Assembly: GCA_963724325.1 (NCBI GenBank)
Contig: CAVRUH010000001.1
Coordinates: forward strand, 608,001-672,000
From: Waddliaceae bacterium
GTDB taxonomy: Bacteria; Chlamydiota; Chlamydiia; Chlamydiales; Waddliaceae
DNA: 64,000 nt
Direction of reading: 5' to 3'
The notes below the pieces were generated by a model. That model was given only the letters and a program-made list of their open reading frames with translations. It had not been told where the DNA came from and did no database searches. Shown here piece after piece: positions 20,208-27,638 of this stretch. Numbering within the stretch: position 1 is the stretch's first letter; every line of letters starts with the position of its first letter. Position numbers and translations under genes: made by a program.

Positions 20208-20939
20208 ATGAATCCTTTTCCTTTTGTTCAAACTTACAATCCAAACCTTAATTGCTGGGTTGACAATATGGGTATGCCAATACAAGATAAGCAAGGAAAT
20301 ATTTCTGTTACTCAACCAGAAAGTGTGAGCCTAAATAAAGCATTGTTTCTAAAAGACAAAGCTCAAATTGAGACTCTCACCTCAATTAATGGTATTTCAA
20401 TCAACGAAATTGAAAATAGAGCTCGACCAGGAGGACTTTCATATGCCGGTTTTATCGGGGAGAATGAGAATTTTAAGGAGGTTCTAAAAAAAGATTGGGA
20501 AACAGTGGAAAAGCTTAACGTTACTCATTTAGAACTTGCCGATCATTTAGCAAATATTATTTCTATAGCAAAAAGTGCCGATAGAAGTTCCAAGAGAGGT
20601 ATTTTTGATCCAATTGTTATTGAATATAGAACACAGGATCTAAAAGGAAATACAATTAGCTCAGATGCTCCCCAAAAACTTGAAGTGCTGCTTCTCCAAA
20701 CTAAAGGGGCGCAAGAAGATTTATTTGGACCTAATGACGATAGCCAAAGAGAGGTTAATACACCCAAAAGGTGGAATGAAGAAGACTCCGTCAAGAATAT
20801 GGTAAATGGTGTAGAGTTATTTCTCAATTCTGGGATCTTAAGTTATATTCGTGAATTTGGCTTTTACGAGGGTGGTGGCAAACAAAATAGATATCGAGTT
20901 GATCCAATGCAGGTAATAGCGCTTTTAACAGGTAAGTAG
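20208..20939 (+). CDS. Hypothetical protein
   Basis: GGAG RBS; 243 aa; RPGGLS..GF.G and GFYEG..YRVDP blocks look conserved but function not recognised. Confidence 0.7.
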   Translation: MNPFPFVQTYNPNLNCWVDNMGMPIQDKQGNISVTQPESVSLNKALFLKDKAQIETLTSINGISINEIENRARPGGLSYAGFIGENENFKEVLKKDWETVEKLNVTHLELADHLANIISIAKSADRSSKRGIFDPIVIEYRTQDLKGNTISSDAPQKLEVLLLQTKGAQEDLFGPNDDSQREVNTPKRWNEEDSVKNMVNGVELFLNSGILSYIREFGFYEGGGKQNRYRVDPMQVIALLTGK

Positions 20940-20954
20940 CCATAAGGAGTTATT

Positions 20955-21740
20955 ATGATAAATAATACTGCTTGTCTTTGTTTTTTTGTAATTGCTATTT
21001 TTGGACCAATTGTTGGTTTTACAGAAGTAGATCAAAATACAAACAGTTCAAAGTCCTCACTGCAGAATGCAATGAACAAACGGGTACTGGTTTTTTCGCC
21101 TCATCCTGATGATGATATAATTGGTTGTGGAGGCAGTATTGCAAGACACCTCAAGGTAGGCAATTCAGTAGATATTGTGTGTATGACCTCAGGCGATGCT
21201 GGAAGCCTCGTTTATTCTAAAGCAGAACTTGCCCAAAAAAGAGAAGCTGAAGCGATAAATGCAGGTAAAAAACTAGGATTGAATAATTACATCTTCTTGC
21301 GAAATCCCGATGGCTACCTTGAATATGACAAAAAAAACCTGGTTGAGGTTACTAATTTGATTCGTAAATTAAAACCTCATATCATTTACATTCCACATGA
21401 GAATGATGGTCACACGGACCACAAAACAACGTACAAAATTGTTGCTGAAGCAGTTGGTCGCGCTGCAGGGCCCTGGTTTCAAGAATGTGATGGTGCGCCA
21501 TGGTCTGTTGAGACAGTGCTATGTTATGAAGTTTGGACGCCCCTTCAAAACGTCAACTATGCTGAAGACATCTCAGAATTTCTCAATGTCAAACTTCAGG
21601 CACTTAGAGAGCATAAATCGCAAATTGCGGATATTGATTATGTCGAAGCTGTTGAGGGTCTGAATAGGTATAGAGGTATTATGAAAGGCAAAAGCAAATA
21701 CTGCGAATGTTTTTTCATCTTAAATACCAGTCATATTTAG
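20955..21740 (+). CDS. PIG-L/LmbE-family metal-dependent deacetylase
   Basis: SPHPDDD..GCGG, TSGD, REAEA, HTDH, HKSQ. Confidence 0.92.
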   Translation: MINNTACLCFFVIAIFGPIVGFTEVDQNTNSSKSSLQNAMNKRVLVFSPHPDDDIIGCGGSIARHLKVGNSVDIVCMTSGDAGSLVYSKAELAQKREAEAINAGKKLGLNNYIFLRNPDGYLEYDKKNLVEVTNLIRKLKPHIIYIPHENDGHTDHKTTYKIVAEAVGRAAGPWFQECDGAPWSVETVLCYEVWTPLQNVNYAEDISEFLNVKLQALREHKSQIADIDYVEAVEGLNRYRGIMKGKSKYCECFFILNTSHI

Positions 21741-21777
21741 GCATTTTAAGAAAAAAACTGAAGCCTGGGCTCTGTGA

Positions 21778-23061
21778 TTATTCTGAAGGAGTGAGTTCCC
21801 ATTTCCAAATGGGTAGAATCCTAATAATTGCATTCGATCCAATGGTTTGTACCTCTAAGGTTTCTTCATGACTTTCCGTAAGTATAGTGCCCAGAGTAAG
21901 GCCGTAGAACTGCATAGCCTCAAGAAGCCCCTGCAATTCTCGTTCTCGTGTAACCTGATCATGCAAATCTAGGCAAACCTGATAAGCCTCAGTTACTCTC
22001 CCTTGTTTTCGAACGACAAAATCACACTCTTTTTCTTCTTTATGAAAATAGACTTCACCTCCCCGCCTTCGTAGCTCTATATATACCAAATTCTCAAGGA
22101 GCCTTCCTTTGTCTTCTGTGGATCTGAATCCCAGCACCCGTGCCATGGCATGATCGATGAAATAGCATTTCTTATTATATCGTTGTTGCTTTGATAGTGA
22201 GTGACTGAAACGCGAAACTGTAAAGCATAAATAACTCATGGATAGGTAATAGCAATAATCTGAGATGGTAGTAGGACTTCCTAGGCCTATTAGTTTAGCC
22301 AAGCTGCTGTAGCTGAACTCCTTTCCCACATTACTTGCGAAGTAATATACTAACTCTTTGATGGGACGATCATTGGTGAGTTTATAACGGCTGATGATGT
22401 CGCGATAAAGGACGCTTTCGTAGAGAGAATGAAGGATGTCTATTTCATCTGAATGAACAAACGGAGGTATTCCTCCTTTCTGTCTATAATTTCTAAAGGC
22501 TCCCGCTGCCAATCCTCGTTGTTCTGTCGTTATCATCTCACTGGTTTTAAAATCCGGAAGCTGATAATGCAAAAGTTCAGAAAATGAATAAGGGTATAAC
22601 TCTAATTGAAAATAACGTCCGGTAAGCCTGGTGCCAAGCTCTTGACTGAACAGAGTGGCATTTGAGCCTGTTACATAAATTTTGTTGCCCTGATCATGAA
22701 GACGGCGCACAAATCTCTCCCAACCAGGAATATTTTGAATTTCATCGAAATAGAAAGTGTTTTGAACACCATGCAATTCAATAAATAATTCAAGAAGTGC
22801 CTGAAAATCTTCAAGCGAAAAATGAATCAGGCGATCATCATCAAAATTGATAAAATAGTCAGATTCCGTTGCCTCGCTTCTTAATTGTTGCAGTAAAGTT
22901 GATTTCCCGACTCGACGCAACCCAGTGATGACTACGATTTCAGATGTTTTTGAGTATTTCTGAAGCTTATGATAGGCATCCCGTTTGATATAATTTTTTG
23001 GAATTTTTATCTGATGTTGTTCCTCAATGACCTGTCTAATAAGCGAAACAGCTGTGCCCAT
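21778..23061 (-). CDS. AAA+ ATPase with DUF4143-like C-terminus
   Basis: GLRRVGKST, FYFDEIQ, VTGSNA, LTGR, KKCYFID, ECDFV..YQVC. Confidence 0.9.
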   Translation of the reverse strand: MGTAVSLIRQVIEEQHQIKIPKNYIKRDAYHKLQKYSKTSEIVVITGLRRVGKSTLLQQLRSEATESDYFINFDDDRLIHFSLEDFQALLELFIELHGVQNTFYFDEIQNIPGWERFVRRLHDQGNKIYVTGSNATLFSQELGTRLTGRYFQLELYPYSFSELLHYQLPDFKTSEMITTEQRGLAAGAFRNYRQKGGIPPFVHSDEIDILHSLYESVLYRDIISRYKLTNDRPIKELVYYFASNVGKEFSYSSLAKLIGLGSPTTISDYCYYLSMSYLCFTVSRFSHSLSKQQRYNKKCYFIDHAMARVLGFRSTEDKGRLLENLVYIELRRRGGEVYFHKEEKECDFVVRKQGRVTEAYQVCLDLHDQVTRERELQGLLEAMQFYGLTLGTILTESHEETLEVQTIGSNAIIRILPIWKWELTPSE

Positions 23062-23071
23062 TTTAATTATC

Positions 23072-23121
23072 CTCTATTGATAATATCAATATAACACATT
23101 TGACTTCCATTGTCAATAGAG
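23072..23121 (-). promoter_or_regulatory. Promoter TTGACA-N17-TATATT bracketed by a 13-bp inverted repeat
   Basis: -35 at 23111-23116, -10 at 23088-23093; CTCTATTGATAAT / ATTGTCAATAGAG arms. Confidence 0.7.
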
Positions 23122-23253
23122 ACATTTGGAAACATCTAAAAAGCCACAAGAAAAGTAGTCAGGTTTCACGCTTCACAGTTTTGGACTCCTTTCCGTGTGT
23201 TAAACCTGATCTCTTGACGTCCAATGAATGGTGGCCATAAATACGTACAACCA

Positions 23254-24363
23254 TTATATTTCTATCACTTTCCCAGCCTCTATTCGTTCGATTGTAGAAG
23301 AACTGCAATTCCAAACTACCCCGCCTGGCTTTTCAAATACAATATGCTTGACAGAAGAGTCACGAAGAATGACTATTTGCCTTTCGTTCTCCACCTCTTC
23401 AGGCGCGACACATCCCATTCGAGCTAATTCAATCGCTATCATCATTTCAGTTTTGCTCTTTGCCTGAAATCTAATGTTATTATCAAATTTCCACGACCTA
23501 GAACCATTTGCAGGTTGCTTGTCCTTTGTGGTAAAAAGGTCTGAGGAATACATAAAATTCAGTGGATGATTTTTATATTTCTTTGTTTTATACGATTTTT
23601 CTTCGTTCAAAATGGTAATGCCCCTGGACCGCAAAGAAATCTTACGATTTATTTTAAGTTCTAATAATTGAGAAGCCAAATTCGCATAATCAGTTAGCCG
23701 TTCTTTGGAAGGCGCTTCTATGACGATTTTATCCACGGTCGAAGATATTATTTCAGTGGCAAAGTTATTGCATTTGAGTGTCCCTCTAATAAATGTAGAG
23801 CGACAAGTGAGTAATTCGCCTTTAACTTCAACATCTCCTTGGATGGTTGAATTTTTAATGGATAATTCACCACCACAGTTAAGTGACATCGCTCCGGAAG
23901 ACTTTATCAGTGCATTGCCTTTACAGTCAATGGCACCCATAACCTGCGAATCCATGATTATTGAGATATTACTGTTTATAGATAAGCAGGTTGAGCCATT
24001 CGATAATGTCACATATGAATTTCCAGAAATATTGCCGGCTCTTGTAGTTATTAAAGTCACTTCATTCTTGGCATTGATATCTCCGACTGTGGATTGCTTA
24101 GCCGTAAAATTCACTCCGGCATTTGAAGTCCCTTTAACAACACTTTGGTTAACAAAGATATTTTCGCCTGAGCTAACTGTACCGGCGCTTGATCCCCCGA
24201 GTAAATTAACGCGCGCATATACAGATGAAACTTCACCTGCAACTTCGACATTATTAAGCACTAAAGTTTGAGAACATTTTAGGTCGCCGTTATATTTACC
24301 TTTGTTCAAGCTTGTTTCCTGGGTCAAAAACTGGTTCTGGCTATTGTCTAAAGATGGTATCAT
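23254..24363 (-). CDS. Hypothetical protein with degenerate beta-solenoid-like repeats
   Basis: Recurrent S.V.G.I.A/C ~15-aa units; AAGGAG RBS. Confidence 0.7.
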   Translation of the reverse strand: MIPSLDNSQNQFLTQETSLNKGKYNGDLKCSQTLVLNNVEVAGEVSSVYARVNLLGGSSAGTVSSGENIFVNQSVVKGTSNAGVNFTAKQSTVGDINAKNEVTLITTRAGNISGNSYVTLSNGSTCLSINSNISIIMDSQVMGAIDCKGNALIKSSGAMSLNCGGELSIKNSTIQGDVEVKGELLTCRSTFIRGTLKCNNFATEIISSTVDKIVIEAPSKERLTDYANLASQLLELKINRKISLRSRGITILNEEKSYKTKKYKNHPLNFMYSSDLFTTKDKQPANGSRSWKFDNNIRFQAKSKTEMMIAIELARMGCVAPEEVENERQIVILRDSSVKHIVFEKPGGVVWNCSSSTIERIEAGKVIEI

Positions 24364-24440
24364 GAAATTCTCCTTGTTAAAACGGCCACTATATCAAGTG
24401 TGTTGATAATAAAAATACCGTATTTTATACGGTATTTTTA

Positions 24441-25859
24441 TTATTTTAAAAATTCGGCGAAATCTATGATGTGCGAGAAAAATTCCGATTCAATGACTGG
24501 GTCGGCTGCTCCGCAAACGTGGATCAAAACTGGCATAATGGAAAAATGTTTCGGAATTTTCATCCTGCTGATCTTTGTTCTTACATCATCAATAACTTCA
24601 GTCTTAATACTTTCTCTAGAAAATTTGATTTCACATACGTATAGAACGTTATATTTGGTCTGGATCAAATAATCAATTTGACATCCGTTTTGGTCCATTG
24701 TTTTTCTTTGAAAAAATGGATTTGCAAAAATAATATCATCGGGCTTTAGGCCCAATTTTTCCCAAATAGTCTTATTGTTATTCAAAACTAAGTTTTCAAA
24801 TTGCAGGCCCATAATAGAATCCCATGCTGGAGGTCTTGTAAGCAATTCTTTAATAATTTTTTCTTTATTAGGCTTAATGTATTTAAGATAAAATCTGGTA
24901 TAATTATCCTTTAGTCTATAGTGACAGAGCTTCGACAGAGAGCCATCTTTTAGTTTCCAGGTGCTGTCTTGGGATATAAAACCTGTGACTTTTAGATTAT
25001 GGAGGTATTTGGTTACTGTCCCGCCTTTTTTTATTTGAAGGGCATCACAAATTTGGTCGATATCAGCACTTCCCAACGCAAGCCTTTCCAAGATAGCCCT
25101 GTAGACATCGTTTCTTTGTGCAAAAAGATCCGAAAAAATTTTTTCAAACTCATCGAATAACATGCCTTCTTTCTCAAAACATAGTCGACGTATATTTTCG
25201 TCCGAGGATATGTTCGGGTTAATTTCTTCTAGATACCGCGGTATTCCACCTGTAATGCAAAGGACTTTAAATTTCTCAAAGGGAGAGATCAGGGCTTCGT
25301 TATTTCTCCAAAAGTGATTGCATTGATAAAGAGGAAGTTCTTGAATGGTCAAATCGAGCGAAATGCGCCCAACAAAAGCAGTACTGCTTAAAATGTTCTG
25401 TTCGATCCATGCCGACATCGATCCACTTAAGATCATAATCAGCTTTGGATTAAGTCTAAAATATTGATCCCATGCTGACTTTAATTTTCCTAAAAATGTG
25501 GGGTCTTTTGAGCCCATCCAGTTGATTTCATCTAATATGATGAGAGTTTGTTCGTTTTTTGTGTTTTCGGCAAGGTGCCAGAAGATATCTCCCCAGTCTG
25601 TAAGTTGTTGTATTCCTGGAATGTGAAAATACCGTTGCATTTGCCTGGTAAAATGCTCTCTTTGCATCTGAGGAGTGATTTTTCTTTCTGGAGGCAATCC
25701 TATGAAAGTGTAGGTTTTGAGGGACTTTCCAAATTCTTCAGCCAAACGGCTTTTTCCAATGCGTCTTCTCCCTTTAATGACAACCAAACTGGCTGTATTT
25801 TTTTTAAGGAGTCTATGTAATTTTTCTAACTCCCGCTGACGACCAAAGAAAGGATTCAT
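24441..25859 (-). CDS. Archaeal-type AAA ATPase with wHTH and DUF234-like nuclease C-terminus
   Basis: FFGRQRE, GRRRIGKS, ILDE, GGIPRYL, QIDYLI..VCEIKF. Confidence 0.9.
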   Translation of the reverse strand: MNPFFGRQRELEKLHRLLKKNTASLVVIKGRRRIGKSRLAEEFGKSLKTYTFIGLPPERKITPQMQREHFTRQMQRYFHIPGIQQLTDWGDIFWHLAENTKNEQTLIILDEINWMGSKDPTFLGKLKSAWDQYFRLNPKLIMILSGSMSAWIEQNILSSTAFVGRISLDLTIQELPLYQCNHFWRNNEALISPFEKFKVLCITGGIPRYLEEINPNISSDENIRRLCFEKEGMLFDEFEKIFSDLFAQRNDVYRAILERLALGSADIDQICDALQIKKGGTVTKYLHNLKVTGFISQDSTWKLKDGSLSKLCHYRLKDNYTRFYLKYIKPNKEKIIKELLTRPPAWDSIMGLQFENLVLNNNKTIWEKLGLKPDDIIFANPFFQRKTMDQNGCQIDYLIQTKYNVLYVCEIKFSRESIKTEVIDDVRTKISRMKIPKHFSIMPVLIHVCGAADPVIESEFFSHIIDFAEFLK

Positions 25860-25894
25860 CTCTAACTCCCATTTGAATTCAATAATACCACAAC

Positions 25895-25986
25895 TTTGTC
25901 ACAAAATCAAGAAAAACGAATTTGGTGACAAATTTGAGTATATTCGATTTTGTCACAAAATTCGGAAATCAGAATTTTGTGACAAG
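25895..25986. repeat. Four TTTGT(C/G)ACAAA-type palindromes at exact 27-bp spacing
   Basis: Centres at 25900, 25927, 25954, 25981. Confidence 0.85.
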
Positions 25987-26145
25987 ACTGATGGAAAAGT
26001 AAAGAAGGGGAATCGGGTTTCACAGTTTTGGACCCCAATCTAACAGTGAAGAGTGAAGCCAGGACACTATAATAAAGAAAGTCGTTATTGTCCATCGAGA
26101 TAATACCTATTGGACAAAAACTCGATGATGAATCAGAATGGGTTC

Positions 26146-27337
26146 ATGCGAAAGATGCTTGTTACAGATTTAGATTTAAAGGGTAAAAAGGTTCTGATCC
26201 GTGTGGACTATAATGTCCCCATCGATAAGAACGGAAATATTACCGATGACTCACGCATTGAAGCTTCTCTTCCAACAATACGATACGTTCTGGAAAAGGG
26301 GGGCACTCCTATTCTAATGAGCCATCTTGGAAGACCCAAGGGGATGCGAAATACTGCATTTACTCTTGCGCCATGCGCAAAATCCCTTTCAAGAATGCTT
26401 GATAGACCTGTTCTGATGGCTCCCGATTGCATTGGAGACAAAGTTGTACAGTTGATCAAACCTGGAAGTGTTGTACTTCTCGAGAATTTACGTTTTTACG
26501 ATGCTGAAGAACATCCTGAGAAGGATCCTTTATTTGCTGAGAAGCTTGCAAAATTGGGAGACTGCTATGTAAACGATGCTTTTGGAACAGCTCATAGAGC
26601 CCATAGTTCCACAGCCGCAATTTGTAAATATTTTCCTGGAAAGTCAGCAATGGGTTTTCTTATAGAAAAAGAAATAAAATTTCTAAAAGATACTTTTTCT
26701 TCACCTCGACGTCCATTTATAGCCATTATCGGCGGAGCCAAAATTTCTACGAAGTTAGGAGTTATTAAATCCCTTTTAAGTAAAATTGACTCCCTTATCA
26801 TCGGGGGAGGCATGACCTACACCTTTATGAAGGCGCAAGGTAAGAATATTGGCAATTCCATTGTTGAGGATGATCTTCTCGAGGAAGCCAAAGATATATT
26901 GCGAACTTTCCAGAAGGCGGGGGTTTCTTTAAAATTACCTGTGGATCATTTAATTGCCAGAGAGTTATCTGAAAATGCTTTAACAGAGGTTGTGAGCACT
27001 GATTCAGGCATCCCTGAAGGCTTTCAAGGGGTCGATATTGGCCCCGCGACAATTGAAGAATTTAAGGCTCAAATTAAAATCGGGAAAACAGTGTTCTGGA
27101 ATGGTCCCATGGGCATTTTTGAGTATCCCAATTTCGCAAAAGGGACCAATGATATTGCAGAATGCGTGGCAAATCTACCCGCAGCGACAACAATTGTTGG
27201 CGGGGGACTCAGTATCAGCCATCCGCAATGCTAATCTTGCACATAAAATCACCCATCTGTCGACTGGCGGCGGCGCCTCCCTTGAATTCATCGAATTCGG
27301 CACGCTTCCTGGCCTAGAAGCCCTCAGTGATATTTAA
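26146..27337 (+). CDS. pgk: Phosphoglycerate kinase, frameshifted near 27202-27206 (artefact or pseudogene)
   Basis: [38 protein letters not shown]-terminal DS...[10 protein letters not shown] continues in another frame. Confidence 0.93.
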
Positions 27338-27350
27338 AGATTTTTTTTAC

Positions 27351-27615
27351 TGTCCTGCATATCTTGTGATTTCTCTAGAAAAAAACAGGATATGAAGGAT
27401 CGCAAGCGGCAGGATATGAATGATAATGTAACTACTTACCCTGCTTTAAAACAAAAAGTAATTGACATCATCTTCCTCTAATCCTTCATATCCTGCCGCT
27501 TGCGATCCTGCATATCCTGTTTTCCTTTTGCAGGGAGGTTAACATGGTATCAATATCAATGAGCTCTCTTGTTGGGATATGCAGGATCGCAAGCGGCATG
27601 ATGCGGAGGATAGGA
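27351..27615. repeat. MITE/REP-like inverted repeat element with extra copies
   Basis: 39-bp arms 27382-27420 / 27485-27523 (1 mismatch); third copy from 27575; fragment at 27351. Confidence 0.85.
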
Positions 27616-27638
27616 TGAAAAGAGCTCAAAAAGGATAT

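Noticed and set aside
23705..24271. 188-aa plus-strand ORF
   Set aside because: Antisense shadow of 23254-24363 with no RBS or motif
25895..25986. Possible mini-CRISPR array
   Set aside because: Repeats of 11-13 bp and spacers of ~16 bp are too short, orientation alternates, and no cas genes are present
27038..27337. 99-aa ORF as a separate gene
   Set aside because: It is the frameshifted C-terminus of pgk
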